DNA of 64,000 nucleotides from an uncultured Acidobacteriota bacterium (GTDB taxonomy: Bacteria > Acidobacteriota > Thermoanaerobaculia > Multivoradales > UBA5704). Both the position numbers and the translations under genes were made by a program. The notes beneath the pieces were generated by a model. The model had not been told where the DNA came from, ran no database searches, and saw only the letters and a list, made by a program, of their open reading frames with translations. This document shows, one piece after another, positions 9,410-19,358 of this stretch; the stretch's first letter is position 1, and each line of letters opens with the position of its first letter. The stretch is taken from the NCBI GenBank assembly GCA_963700145.1, contig OY969474.1, positions 5,340,928 to 5,404,927 on the forward strand, written 5' to 3'.

Positions 9410-10532
9410 ATGATCGCCTCCGACGTCCAGCAGCGCATCGACCGGCTCGCCGAGCAGCTCGGGGGGCTCCGGGGGTACCTTTGAGGACGCCCGGCTGGAG
9501 GAGCAGCTCGCCGAGATCGACCGGCAGATGGAGCAGCCGGGCTTCTGGGACGCTCCGGCGCGGAGCGCGCCTCTGTTGCAGCGCCGGCGTGCTCTCGCCC
9601 GCCGCTTCGACACTCTGAAGCGCCTGCGCGCCGACGCCTCGGAGCTCGAGGCCTGGGGCGAGCTCCTCGCCGAAGGGGAGACCGACCCCGAAGCCGCCCG
9701 CTTCCTCGACCGCCTCGAAGAGGACCTCCACAAGCTCGAGCTGCAGCTCAAGCTCTCCGGCGAGGACGACGACAAGAACGCCATCCTGGTCATCCACCCC
9801 GGCGCCGGCGGCACCGAGTCGCAGGACTGGGCCGAGATGCTCTTGCGCATGTACCTGCGCTGGGGGGAGCAGAACGGCTACGACGTGGAGCTGCTCGACC
9901 GCCTCGACGGCGAGGAGGCGGGGATCAAGAGCGCCACGGTGGCGCTCCGCGGCCAGTACGCCTACGGCTACCTCCAGGGCGAGACCGGCGTCCACCGCCT
10001 GGTGCGGATCAGCCCCTACGACTTCCAGGGGCGCCGCCACACCTCGTTCGCCTCGGTCTACGTCGTGCCCGAAGTGGACGACGACGTGGACATCCAGATC
10101 GAGGACAAAGACCTGCGCATCGACACCTATCGCTCCTCCGGCGCCGGCGGCCAGCACGTCAACAAGACCGAGTCGGCGGTGCGCATCACCCACATGCCCA
10201 GCGGCCTCGTGGTCAACTGCCAGAACGAGCGCAGCCAGATCAAGAACCGCGCGACGGCGATGAAGGTGCTGCGCGCCCGCCTCTACGACCTCGAGATGAA
10301 GAAGCGCAAGGCCGAGCAGGCCGAGCGCGAGGGGAAGAAGAAAGACATCGCCTGGGGGAGCCAGATCCGCAGCTACGTGCTCCACCCCTACCGGCTGGTC
10401 AAGGACCACCGCACCGGCGCCGAGATGGGGGACGCCGACCGGGTGCTCGACGGCGACCTGGACCTCTTCGTCGAGGCGTTCCTGAAGGGTCAGATGGCCG
10501 AGCCCGGAGCGCGGGACGAGCTGCCGGCGTAG
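9410..10532 (+). CDS. prfB: peptide chain release factor 2, requires programmed +1 frameshift (9410..9481 joined to 9483..10532)
   Basis: Frame 0 gives MIASDVQQRIDRLAEQLGGLRGYL then TGA at 9482. Frame +1 continues EDARLEEQLAEIDRQMEQPGFWD into ORF 9528..10532, which carries the SPF-type and GGQ (SSGAGGQHVNKT) signatures. 9483 and 9528 are in the same frame. Confidence 0.9.
9470..9485 (+). promoter_or_regulatory. RF2 autoregulatory +1 frameshift site (SD-like CGGGGG, CTT TGA G)
   Basis: Sequence cgg ggg tac ctt tga g. It matches the canonical AGGGGG-N3-CTT-TGA-C logic known from E. coli prfB. Confidence 0.85.
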
Positions 10533-10555
10533 CCGCCGCCACTGCCGAGCGGCCC

Positions 10556-12169
10556 GTGCCCGCCTCCGACCTCCGCCTCGACGTCGTCTCCCCGCTGCCG
10601 CCCGTCCGCTCGGGGATCGCCGACTACACGCTCGACCTGCTGCCCGAGCTGGCGGCGCGGGCCGACGTGCGGCTGGTGCGCCTGCCCGGCCAGCCGGTGG
10701 CGCCGGAGGTCGAGGCACGCTGGCGCCCGGTGCCGGCCGAGGAGGCCGGCGCCGACGGCCGCCTCCCCCTCTACCAGATGGGCAACAACCACCACCACGC
10801 GGCCGTGCTGGCGCTGGCGCTCCAGCGGCCCGGCGTGCTGACCCTCCACGACCTCGTCCTCCACCACCTCCTCCTCGACCAGACGCTCGGCCGCGGCGAG
10901 TACGAGCCCTACGAAGAGCGGCTGACGGCCGACCACGGCTGGATCGGCCGCGCGACGGCGCGCGGCAAGCGCTGGGGGGCCTATGGCGAGGCGCCGACCT
11001 TCGCCCTGCCGGCGCAGCGCGCGCTCCTGCGGCGGCAGCGCGGCGTCCTGGTGCACAGCGCCTGGGCGGCGGCGGTGGTGCGCGAGGACGATCCGGAGCT
11101 GCGGGTGCGGCAGGTGCCGATGGGGATCCCGCTGCCGCCGCGGGCCGACCGCGCGGCCGGATTGGCGGTGCGCCGCCGCTTCGGGGTGCCCGACGACGCG
11201 CCCGTCGCCGGCTCCTTCGGCTTCCAGACCCCGATCAAGCGGACGGAGGCGGCGATCGCGGCGCTCGCCGCGCCGGGGCTCGAGCGGCTCCACCTGCTGG
11301 TCGTCGGCGAGATGGCCTGGCAGGTGGACCTGACGGGCGCGGCGCGCGCGGCGGGCGTCGCCGACCGGGTGCACGTCACCGGCTTCGTCGAGTACGCGGA
11401 GTTCGAGGCGGCGATCGCCGCGACTGACCTCTGCCTGAACCTGCGCTACCCGACGGCGGGGGAGACCTCGGCGTCGCTGCTGCGGGTGCTCGCCGCCGGG
11501 AGGCCGGCCGTGGTCTCGGACTACGCGCAGTTCGTGGACCTGCCGAACGACGTGGCGGTGCACGTGCCGCTCGGCGACGGCGAGACCGAGGCGCTGGCGG
11601 CGCGCCTGCGCGAGCTGCTCGCGGACCCGGCGCGGCTGGCGGCGATGGGGGAGGCGGCGCGCGAGCACGTGCGGCGCGAGCACGACCCGGCGCGGGCCGC
11701 CGAGGCGGTCGTCGAGGCCTGCCGCGCGTTTCGCGCGCTGCCGCCGCTCGCCGAGCGGCCGGCCGCGCCGCCGCCGCCGAGCAGCCTGACCTGGCACGCG
11801 CTGCCGGGGCGGCTGGAGGTCGAGGGTGCCGAGGGCCCGTGGGCGCCTGGAGAGCGGCGGCGCCTGCGCCTGCGTTTGGCCAACACCGGCTTCGCCCGCT
11901 GGCTGGCGGGCACCAGCGGGCCGGGCGGGGTGGCGGTCGTCGTGCGGCTCTACGTCGAAGGGCCGGAAGGGCGGCGCGACCTCCTCGGCGACCGCCGCTG
12001 GCTGCCGCTACCGCGCGACCTCGCGCCGGGCGAGGAAACGGTCCTCGAGACCGAGGTGCGGCGGCCGCCGGGCCCGGCCGAGCTCTGGGTCGAGCCGCAC
12101 GTCTTCCAGAGCCTCGACGGCCGCGGCTTCTCCGAGCTCGGCGGCCCCTGGTGGGCGCGGGAGATCTAG
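10556..12169 (+). CDS. glycosyltransferase family 4/GT-B with C-terminal extra domain
   Basis: 537 aa. GT1/GT4-type layout (N-terminal RSGIADYT, C-terminal half FVEYAEFEAAIAATDLCLNLRYPTAGETSASLLRVLAAGRPAVVSD) plus roughly 150 extra C-terminal residues. Confidence 0.75.
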   Translation: MPASDLRLDVVSPLPPVRSGIADYTLDLLPELAARADVRLVRLPGQPVAPEVEARWRPVPAEEAGADGRLPLYQMGNNHHHAAVLALALQRPGVLTLHDLVLHHLLLDQTLGRGEYEPYEERLTADHGWIGRATARGKRWGAYGEAPTFALPAQRALLRRQRGVLVHSAWAAAVVREDDPELRVRQVPMGIPLPPRADRAAGLAVRRRFGVPDDAPVAGSFGFQTPIKRTEAAIAALAAPGLERLHLLVVGEMAWQVDLTGAARAAGVADRVHVTGFVEYAEFEAAIAATDLCLNLRYPTAGETSASLLRVLAAGRPAVVSDYAQFVDLPNDVAVHVPLGDGETEALAARLRELLADPARLAAMGEAAREHVRREHDPARAAEAVVEACRAFRALPPLAERPAAPPPPSSLTWHALPGRLEVEGAEGPWAPGERRRLRLRLANTGFARWLAGTSGPGGVAVVVRLYVEGPEGRRDLLGDRRWLPLPRDLAPGEETVLETEVRRPPGPAELWVEPHVFQSLDGRGFSELGGPWWAREI

Positions 12170-12184
12170 GGGACACTCAGCGAT

Positions 12185-12274
12185 GTCATCCTGAGCGAAG
12201 CGAAGGATCTGGGCGGGGGCAGGCCGACATCACGCCACCCTGCCCCCAGATCCCTCGCTCACGCTCGGGATGAC
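12185..12274. repeat. REP/MITE-like long imperfect palindrome (GTCATCCTGAGCGAAGCGAAGGATCTGGG... family)
   Basis: Left arm 12185-12223 (gtcatcctgagcgaagcgaaggatctgggcgggggcagg) pairs with right arm 12238-12274 (ccctgcccccagatccctcgctcacgctcgggatgac). A half copy recurs at 37271-37306. Confidence 0.75.
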
Positions 12275-14081
12275 AAGTCACAGAGAGGTGCCACCACTGC
12301 TACGCAATGCGAGTTGGCTCGTCCTCGCGCTCCTACTGGTCGCCCTCCTCGCCGGCGTCGTCACCTTCGACCGCGCCGGCCGCCCCGGCCTGGTGGGCGA
12401 CGAGGCGACCTACGCGATGCAGGCGGCGAGCCTCGCCTTCGACCTCGACCTCCGCTACGGCCGCGCGGACTACGACCGCTTCGTCGCGCAGTGGGGCGGG
12501 CCGCCGGACGGGCTCATCCTGCAGAGCCGCGACGGCGGCGCCCGCATCACCTACGGCAAGCCGCCGCTCTACGCGCTCTTCGCGGCGCCCTTCGCGCGTG
12601 TCGCGCCGGTGCGCGGGCCGCTCCTCGCCAACGCGATCCTCCTGGCGCTCGCCGCGGCGCTCGCGGCGCGGGTGCTCTCCCGCCACGTCGGCCCCGCGGC
12701 GCCGCTCTGGGTGGCCTGCTTCCTCTACGCCTCGGTCGCCTTCGGGTACGTCTTCTGGGTCCACGCCGACCTCTTCCTGCTGGCTTGCGTCGCCGCCGGC
12801 TTCGCGCTGGTCTACGAGGGGGAGCGGCCGCGGAGCGGGCCGCTGCCGGAGATCTACGACGGCGAGGAGCTGGCGCCGCGCTGGCGGTTCGCCCTGCGCT
12901 GGGCGGCGGCCGGCGCGCTCCTCGCCGCGCCCGCCGCCTACCGGCCGTTCTATCTCGCGCTCCTCGTGCCGGCGCTCCTCGCCGCGCTCTCACACCCCGC
13001 CGGGCGCGGCCGCGGGCGGCAGGCGGCCGCGGCGCTCCTCGCCGGCGCCCTCCTCCTCCTCGCCGCCACCTCGGCGGCGCAGTGGCTCGCCGGCGGCTCC
13101 TGGAGCGGCTACGGTGGCGAGCGGCAGGGCTTCTACCCGCGCACGGGGTACCCCGAGGTGGACTTCCCGGCCAGCGAGTGGCCCGAGTCGGTCCGGCGCT
13201 GGGGCAATACGTCCTGGCTCCAGGAGGGGGCGCTCGAGCCGCGGTTCGACGCCCGCCTGACCGCCTGGAACGCGCTCTACTTCCTGGCTGGCGAGAACGT
13301 CGGCGTGCTGCCCTATTTCCTGCCGCTCGTCTTGGGCTTCCTCGCCTACCGCGGCGAGCGCGGGCGCTGGGTGATCGTGCCGGCGGTGGCGCTCGCCGCG
13401 CTCGGCCTCTTCCTGGTTCGGCCGTTCAACTTCTACGGCGGCGGCGGGGCGCTGGCCAACCGCTACTTCCTGCCGCTCTACCCGGCCCTCTGGTTCCTCG
13501 CCGCGCGGCCGCGCCGCGCCGCGTGGGTCGTGGCGATCGCGGCGCTGGCGGCGCCTTTCCTCTGGCCGCTCTGGACTCACCCGCGCGCCTTCCCGGTGGG
13601 GGAGGACGGCCGCTACGCCTCCGTCTCGGAGATCGCCCGCCGCCTGCTGCCCTACGAGACGACGCAGAGCCACATCCCCGGCGGGCGCGACGTGACCCAC
13701 CACGGGCTGTGGGTCAAGTCGCTGACGCCGGCGGTGGGGCCGGTGGGGCAGGGGCGGTCGCTGCGCCTCGCCGCCGATGGCCCGGGCGAGCTCCTGGTCG
13801 GCAGCCCCGAGCCGCTCGGGGCCGTCGTCCTCCGCTTCGGCGCCGGGGCGCCGTCGCGGATCGAGATCGACGGCGGCACGGTCGGCGGCCGGATGTTCGG
13901 CGCCGACGGCTCGATCGCCTTCGAGGTCAAGCTCGACCGGCCACGCGCCGTCCACCCGATGTGGTGGACCTGGGACGATGTCCATCTCTACTGGCTGCGC
14001 TTGTCCTTGCCCCCCGGCGCCGCCCCCGTGCGGCTCGAGATCACGCCGGGCCCCGATCTGGTACAAAAGGCGGCGCGATGA
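12270..14081 (+). CDS. polytopic membrane protein, possible GT-C (ArnT/PMT-like) glycosyltransferase
   Basis: 603 aa with many TM helices. A first-loop GDEATYAMQA resembles the DExxY loop of GT-C enzymes. It follows a GT-B gene. The family call is tentative. Confidence 0.55.
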   Translation: MTSHREVPPLLRNASWLVLALLLVALLAGVVTFDRAGRPGLVGDEATYAMQAASLAFDLDLRYGRADYDRFVAQWGGPPDGLILQSRDGGARITYGKPPLYALFAAPFARVAPVRGPLLANAILLALAAALAARVLSRHVGPAAPLWVACFLYASVAFGYVFWVHADLFLLACVAAGFALVYEGERPRSGPLPEIYDGEELAPRWRFALRWAAAGALLAAPAAYRPFYLALLVPALLAALSHPAGRGRGRQAAAALLAGALLLLAATSAAQWLAGGSWSGYGGERQGFYPRTGYPEVDFPASEWPESVRRWGNTSWLQEGALEPRFDARLTAWNALYFLAGENVGVLPYFLPLVLGFLAYRGERGRWVIVPAVALAALGLFLVRPFNFYGGGGALANRYFLPLYPALWFLAARPRRAAWVVAIAALAAPFLWPLWTHPRAFPVGEDGRYASVSEIARRLLPYETTQSHIPGGRDVTHHGLWVKSLTPAVGPVGQGRSLRLAADGPGELLVGSPEPLGAVVLRFGAGAPSRIEIDGGTVGGRMFGADGSIAFEVKLDRPRAVHPMWWTWDDVHLYWLRLSLPPGAAPVRLEITPGPDLVQKAAR

Positions 14082-14689
14082 GCGAGACGCAGCAGGCGGA
14101 GGCGCCCCCCCGGAGCTGGCTGCTGGCGGTGCGCGAGCGGCTCGCCTCGCCGCCGCCGCGGCGGCTGCCGCCCGGCGAGCAGCGGCGGGCCTCGGTCCTG
14201 GTGCCGCTCTTCGTCCAGTCGGGAGAGCTGTGGACGGTCCTCACCAAGCGCACCGACACCCTCCCCACCCACCGCAGCCAGATCGCCTTCCCTGGCGGCG
14301 CGCTCGACCTCGGCGAGGACCCGTGGGCGGCGGCGTTGCGCGAGGCCGAGGAGGAGGTGGGGATCGAGCCCGGCAAGGTGCTGCGCCTGGGGCAGCTCGA
14401 CGAGGTGGAGACGCCGATGGGCTTCCGCGTCGTCCCCTGCGTCGGCGCCGTGCCCTACCCCTACGAGGCGCGCCCCAACGAGGCCGAGATCGCCGAGGTC
14501 TTCAGCCTGCCGCTCACCGCCTTCGCCAATCCGCGGATGGTGGAGGACCGGACGGTGAAGATCGACGGCGTGCCGCGCCAGCTCCGCATCTACCACGTCG
14601 GCAACCGCCAGGTCTGGGGCCTGACGGCGCGGGTGCTGCAGAACCTGCTGGCGCGGCTGGGACTCGACGTGCCGGGCGAGGCCGGCTGA
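14078..14689 (+). CDS. Nudix hydrolase, CoA pyrophosphatase-like
   Basis: The ATG at 14078 overlaps the upstream stop (ATGA). Nudix box GGALDLGEDPWAAALREAEEEVGI; upstream LFVQSGELWTVLTKRTDTLPTHRSQIAFPGG is typical of the NudL/CoA-pyrophosphatase subgroup. Confidence 0.8.
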   Translation: MSETQQAEAPPRSWLLAVRERLASPPPRRLPPGEQRRASVLVPLFVQSGELWTVLTKRTDTLPTHRSQIAFPGGALDLGEDPWAAALREAEEEVGIEPGKVLRLGQLDEVETPMGFRVVPCVGAVPYPYEARPNEAEIAEVFSLPLTAFANPRMVEDRTVKIDGVPRQLRIYHVGNRQVWGLTARVLQNLLARLGLDVPGEAG

Positions 14690-14692
14690 GGC

Positions 14693-15589
14693 GTGCTCCG
14701 CGGCGCCCGCCTCCTCGTTCTCGTCGCGCTCCTCCCGCTCCTCGCCTGTGCTTCCGCGGCGCCCGCGCCGGCGGCGCTGGAGCGCCGGCTCGACGAGCTT
14801 CTCGCCGGCGCCGGCGGCACCGTGGCCGTCGCCTATTACGACCTGGGGACGGGCGCCACCGTCCTGCGCGACGAGCGCCTCTCGTTGCACGCCGCCAGCA
14901 CGATGAAGGTGCCGGTGATGCTCGCCCTCTTCCGCGAGGTGGATCGCGGCACCCTCCGCCGCGACCAGCCGGTCTTGATGAAGAACGAGTTCACGAGCAT
15001 CGCCGACGGCTCGCCCTTCGCCCTCGACCCGGCCGAGGACGGCGACCCCGACCTGTACCAGGCGCTGGGGGAGACGCGGCCCCTCGAGGAGCTGATGCGG
15101 CGGATGATCGTCCGCAGCTCGAACTTGGCCACCAACCTGCTCATCGAGCTGGCCCGCCCGGAGCGGGTGATGGAGCTGATGCGCACGCTCGGAGCGCGCG
15201 ACATCCGCGTCCTGCGCGGCGTCGAGGACGAGAAAGCCTACGAAGCCGGCCTCAACAACACGACGACCGCCTACGACCTGATGCTGGTGCTGCGCGCCAT
15301 CGCCGAGCGGTGGGCGGTGACTCCGGCGGCGAGCGAGGCGATGCTCGCGATCCTCGCCGCCCAGGAGTTCAAGGAGAAGATCCCGGCCGGCCTCCCCGCC
15401 GGCGTCGCGGTCGCCAACAAGACCGGCGACATCACCGGCATCCATCACGACGCGGCGATCGTGCTGCCGGCCGGCGAGCCGCCCTACGTCCTCGTCGTCC
15501 TCACCAAGGGCTTCGCCGACGAGGCGACGGCCAACGCGCTGATCGCCGCGGTCTCGCGCGCCGTCTGGGAGGCGCGGCGAGTAGAATGA
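14693..15589 (+). CDS. class A beta-lactamase-related serine hydrolase
   Basis: Signal peptide plus the three class-A motifs in order: STMK (SxxK), SSN (SxN), KTGD (KTG). Confidence 0.8.
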   Translation: MLRGARLLVLVALLPLLACASAAPAPAALERRLDELLAGAGGTVAVAYYDLGTGATVLRDERLSLHAASTMKVPVMLALFREVDRGTLRRDQPVLMKNEFTSIADGSPFALDPAEDGDPDLYQALGETRPLEELMRRMIVRSSNLATNLLIELARPERVMELMRTLGARDIRVLRGVEDEKAYEAGLNNTTTAYDLMLVLRAIAERWAVTPAASEAMLAILAAQEFKEKIPAGLPAGVAVANKTGDITGIHHDAAIVLPAGEPPYVLVVLTKGFADEATANALIAAVSRAVWEARRVE

Positions 15590-15643
15590 GTGCCTCGGCG
15601 ACCGCCGACATCTTCCATCCGACCTTTCCATGGAGAGCCCCTC

Positions 15644-16345
15644 ATGTCCCAGCCTCTGACTCCGTCCACACCGCCGCCGCCGCCGCCCGTCCAGCCGCAG
15701 AAGCGCAGCCCGCTGTTCTGGGTGGCGATCGGCTGCGGCGTGATTGTCCTCCTCGGCCTCCTCGCCATGGGCACCTGCGGCTGGTTCGTCAAGAAACAGG
15801 TGGCCAAGTTCGAGAGCAACCCGGCCATCGCCGCCGCCGAGCTGGCGGTGCGGGCCAACCCCGACATGGAGGTCGTCGAGTCCGACCCCGAGAAGGGCAC
15901 GATCACCGTCCGCAACAAGAAGACCGGCGAGGTCGTGACCTGGGACGCGGCGAAGATCGAGAGCGGCCAGTGGACGGTCGAGACCGACGAGGGCACCGCG
16001 ACCTTCGGCGGCGGCCCCGGCGGGCCGGCGAACCTGCCGTCCTGGGTGCCGACCTATCCCAATGGCAGCGTGCAGGGGACCTTCGACTCGACCTCCTCCG
16101 AGGGGCGCTCGGCGGCCTTCACGGTCACCACCTCGGACCCGGTCGCGGCGGTGCTGGAGTTCTACGAAAGCCAGCTCAAAGGCGCGGGCCTGGAGGTGCA
16201 GAAGACCACCTACGAGGCGGCCGGCGCGGGGCCGGGCGGCACCGTCAGCGGCACCAGCGCGGACAACAAGCGGACCGTCGGCGTCATGGTCTCGACCGGC
16301 GACGGCCAGACCTCGGCGATCGTCAGCTTCACCGAGAAGCCCTGA
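15644..16345 (+). CDS. hypothetical membrane-anchored protein
   Basis: The ATG at 15644, preceded by GGAGAG, is preferred over the track start at 15590. Pro-rich N-terminus, one TM (LFWVAIGCGVIVLLGLLAMGTCGWF), then a soluble domain. Confidence 0.6.
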   Translation: MSQPLTPSTPPPPPPVQPQKRSPLFWVAIGCGVIVLLGLLAMGTCGWFVKKQVAKFESNPAIAAAELAVRANPDMEVVESDPEKGTITVRNKKTGEVVTWDAAKIESGQWTVETDEGTATFGGGPGGPANLPSWVPTYPNGSVQGTFDSTSSEGRSAAFTVTTSDPVAAVLEFYESQLKGAGLEVQKTTYEAAGAGPGGTVSGTSADNKRTVGVMVSTGDGQTSAIVSFTEKP

Positions 16346-16392
16346 GTGAGATAGAGGTAGCATTCGCCCCGGAGCCGTAGAGGAGGAGCGCC

Positions 16393-17475
16393 ATGGCCAC
16401 GGCCGTCGCGAGCAGCAGCACCTTCGACCGCATCGTCGAGTCTCTCGGCGACGAGGCGGACAACCTGCTGTCGTTCACCTGCAAGGGCATCCCGAAGGAG
16501 CAGCTCGTCCTCCCCGGGCCGGACCACACCGATCACGCCTGGGGGCCCTCCGACCGCAAGCCCGCGGTGCTGGTCAACCTCCAGCGCCTCCACGACCACG
16601 GCCGCCTGGGCGGCACCGGCTACCTCTCGATCCTGCCCGTGGACCAGGGGGTCGAGCACTCCGGCGCCGCCTCCTTCGCACCCAACCCGATCTACTTCGA
16701 CCCCGAGAACATCGTCCAGCTCGCTCTCGAGGGCGGCTGCAACGCGGTGGCCTCGACGGTCGGCGTGCTCGGGGCGCTGTCGCGCAAGTACGCCCACCGC
16801 ATCCCCTTCATCGCCAAGATCAACCACAACGAGCTGCTGACCCTGCCGAGCAAGTTCGAGCAGATCCTCTTCGGCGGCGTCGAGCAGGCGTGGGGGATGG
16901 GGGCGGCGGCGGTGGGCGCCACCATCTACTTCGGCAGCGACGACGCCGGGCGCGAGATCGTCGAGATCGCCGAGGCCTTCCAGCACGCCCACGAGCTGGG
17001 GATGGCGACGATCCTCTGGGCCTACCTGCGCAACAGCGGCTTCAAGAAGGAAGGGGTGGACTACCACGAGGCCGCCGACCTGACCGCGCAGGCCAACCAC
17101 CTGGCGGTGACGATCCAGGCCGACATCGTCAAGCAAAAGCAGGCCACCCGCAACGGCGGCTATCCGGCGCTCGGCTTCGGCAAGACCCACCCGCGGGTCT
17201 ACAGCGAGCTGGTGGCCGACCATCCGGTCGACTGGGCGCGCTGGCAGGTCGCCAACTGCTACATGGGCCGCGCCGGCCTGATCAACTCGGGCGGCGAGTC
17301 GAAGGGCAAGGGGGACACGGCGCAGGCGGTGCGCACCGCCGTCATCAACAAGCGCGGCGCCGGCACCGGCCTGATCTCCGGCCGCAAGGCCTTCCAGCGC
17401 CCGATGAAGGACGGCGTGGACCTCCTCCACGCGATCCAGGACGTCTATCTCTGTGACGAGGTGACGATCGCGTAG
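16393..17475 (+). CDS. fbaB: class I fructose-bisphosphate aldolase (FbaB/DhnA type)
   Basis: 360 aa. [39 protein letters not shown] and [15 protein letters not shown] closely parallel E. coli FbaB as recalled from memory. Confidence 0.9.
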   Translation: MATAVASSSTFDRIVESLGDEADNLLSFTCKGIPKEQLVLPGPDHTDHAWGPSDRKPAVLVNLQRLHDHGRLGGTGYLSILPVDQGVEHSGAASFAPNPIYFDPENIVQLALEGGCNAVASTVGVLGALSRKYAHRIPFIAKINHNELLTLPSKFEQILFGGVEQAWGMGAAAVGATIYFGSDDAGREIVEIAEAFQHAHELGMATILWAYLRNSGFKKEGVDYHEAADLTAQANHLAVTIQADIVKQKQATRNGGYPALGFGKTHPRVYSELVADHPVDWARWQVANCYMGRAGLINSGGESKGKGDTAQAVRTAVINKRGAGTGLISGRKAFQRPMKDGVDLLHAIQDVYLCDEVTIA

Positions 17476-17482
17476 GAAGAAC

Positions 17483-17550
17483 GCCCGGCACGTAGGCCGG
17501 GCGCTACGCCGCCGTTCGTAGCGGCGGGCCTACGTGCCCGCCGTTTTTTC
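17483..17550. terminator. stacked hairpins between convergent fbaB and patatin genes; the last is an intrinsic terminator for fbaB
   Basis: Three hairpins: GCCCGGC-acgtag-GCCGGGC (17483-17502), GCTACG..CGTAGC (17503-17522), and GGCGGGC-ctacgt-GCCCGCC (17523-17542). The last is followed by GTTTTTTC. Confidence 0.55.
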
Positions 17551-18726
17551 TTCGCCTCCCAACAGCTTCCGGATCTCGGGCAGCCGCGCCTCGGCGTCCC
17601 GCTCGCCGATCTCCATCAGCTTCGTCAGGTAGTCGGGCTGGAAGGAGAGGTAGGAGAGGAAGTCGCCGCTCTTCGTCTCGCGGGTCCCCAGGCTGCGCGT
17701 CAGGTAGCGGAAGGCCCTGGGCAGCTGCGGCTCGAACTCGCGCGCCAGGGCTCCGATGTCCACGCTCGGGCGGAGCACCAGGAGCTCGAGCGGCTTGAGC
17801 CCATCCCACTCCTCGGGCGGCAAGCGGCGGAGCAGAGAGTTGAGCCGCTCCATCTGCGCCGAGTCGTAGTCCAGCATGTCGAGGAAGATCGAGTTGAGGA
17901 GGTGGTTGAGGATCTGCGCCGGCGGCGGATAGCCGCGCACTTTCCGCCGCTCGGCCTCCTCCTTGGTCGGCTGGTAGCGCGGCGACACCGCCAGGATGCG
18001 CCGCGCCCCGAGGTGGAGGGCGGGGGCGAGCGGCGTGTGCAGGCGGATGCCGCCGTCGCCGTACCAGGACTCGCCGAGGCGGACGGCGGGGAAGAAGATC
18101 GGCAGGGCCGCGGAGGCCATGACGTGCTCGACGCCGATCCGCGCCGGCAGGCTCACTCGCCGCGGCCGCTCCCAGGCGGCGAGGTCGCCGCCGCCCTGCG
18201 TCCAGGTGATCGTCTGGCCGGTCGAGTAGTTGAGGGTGGTGAGGGCCAGCGCCTGCAGGACGCCCCGCTCCAGGTTGCGCGCGATACCGATGATCTCGCC
18301 GTCCACGGTGGCGACCGCGCGCTGGATCGTGGCGCGCAGCGGCTGGCTGTCGACGAGGCCGCGCACCTCCGGGGCGCGCGGGTCGCCGCCGGAGACCAGG
18401 TGGGCGCCCCAGCGCGCCAGGTTGCGGGCGAGCCAGGGGACGTCGACGCGGAAGATGTCCTCGACCTGCAGCTCGCCCCAGAGCGCGGAGAGGGCGGGCG
18501 CCGACTCGCCGAGCGCCCCGGCGTGGGCGGCGAGGTAGGTGGCGTTGATGGCGCCGGCCGAGACGCCGGCGATGATCGGGAAGCGCAGCTCGGGGAAGGC
18601 GGCGCCGAGGCAGCGCAGCATTCCCACCTGGTAGGCGGCGCGCGCGCCACCGCCGGTGAGGACGATGGCGAGGTCGCTCGGCTCGGGCGCGGGGGTGTCT
18701 TGGGCGGCGCTCACTCTGCGTGGCAT
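17530..18726 (-). CDS. patatin-like phospholipase
   Basis: 398 aa with the oxyanion GGGARAAYQVG (GGGxR/K) and the nucleophile elbow GVSAGA (GxSxG). Confidence 0.85.
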   Translation of the reverse strand: MPRRVSAAQDTPAPEPSDLAIVLTGGGARAAYQVGMLRCLGAAFPELRFPIIAGVSAGAINATYLAAHAGALGESAPALSALWGELQVEDIFRVDVPWLARNLARWGAHLVSGGDPRAPEVRGLVDSQPLRATIQRAVATVDGEIIGIARNLERGVLQALALTTLNYSTGQTITWTQGGGDLAAWERPRRVSLPARIGVEHVMASAALPIFFPAVRLGESWYGDGGIRLHTPLAPALHLGARRILAVSPRYQPTKEEAERRKVRGYPPPAQILNHLLNSIFLDMLDYDSAQMERLNSLLRRLPPEEWDGLKPLELLVLRPSVDIGALAREFEPQLPRAFRYLTRSLGTRETKSGDFLSYLSFQPDYLTKLMEIGERDAEARLPEIRKLLGGEEKTAGT

Positions 18727-18761
18727 TATCGCCGCGCTTCGCTCGACAGGGAGACCGGCCC

Positions 18762-19358
18762 ATGAAGATCCTGCTGACGGCGGTGGCGATCCTGGTGCTG
18801 CTCGCCGCGCTCGCGCTCGGCGTCATCTACAGCGGCGCCTACGACGTGGCCGCCACCTCGCCGGACGAGGGCCTCGTGGGGTGGGCGCTCGAGACGGCTC
18901 AGGAGCGGTCGGTCGAGCGGCGGGCGAAGGCGGTCAAGGTGCCGGCGCTCGAGGGCCCCGAGCTGCTGGCCACCGGTCTTATCCACTACCACGAGATGTG
19001 CGTCACCTGCCACGGCGCGCCGGGCGTGCCCGCCTCCGAGATCGGCGCCGGGCTCAACCCGTTCCCGCCGGAGATGGCCGAGGAGCTCGGGCCGGCGGAG
19101 CTCTTCTGGGTGGTCAAGAACGGCATCAAGATGACCGGCATGCCCGCCTTCGGCCCGACCCACAGTGACGAGGAGCTGTGGGCGATCGTCGCCTTCGTCG
19201 AGACGCTGCCGGAGATGTCCGGCGAAGACTACGCCGCGGCGGTGCGCGAGGCCGGGCTAGGCGGCATGGCCGGAGAGGCCGCGGAGCCCACCGGCGCCGC
19301 CGGCGAGGAGCACTCCCACGCCCCCGGCACGAAGCCGCACTCTCACGACGGCCGGTAG
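18762..19358 (+). CDS. c-type cytochrome (single CxxCH) with His-rich C-terminal tail
   Basis: ATG at 18762 after GGGAGA; signal/TM MKILLTAVAILVLLAAL; CVTCHG haem motif; KNGIKMTGMPAF (Met ligand region); tail GEEHSHAPGTKPHSHDGR. Confidence 0.8.
   Translation: MKILLTAVAILVLLAALALGVIYSGAYDVAATSPDEGLVGWALETAQERSVERRAKAVKVPALEGPELLATGLIHYHEMCVTCHGAPGVPASEIGAGLNPFPPEMAEELGPAELFWVVKNGIKMTGMPAFGPTHSDEELWAIVAFVETLPEMSGEDYAAAVREAGLGGMAGEAAEPTGAAGEEHSHAPGTKPHSHDGR
19260..19358 (+). repeat. copy A of att-like repeat (native 3' end of the cytochrome c gene)
   Basis: ggcggcatggccggagaggccgcggagcccaccggcgccgccggcgaggagcactcccac... recurs with a few mismatches at 20889-20996 and, from ggcgccggcgaggagca onward, at 25187-25255. 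Confidence 0.75.

Noticed and set aside
1720-16380. Long overlapping ORFs such as 1720..2691(-), 2908..4653(-), 3791..5812(-), 6364..9150(+), 9171..10718(-), 10490..11797(-), 13777..16380(+) and 13988..16363(-).
   Set aside because: All are Arg/Pro/Ala/Gly-dominated, lack motifs, and overlap genes with strong family signatures on the other strand or frame.
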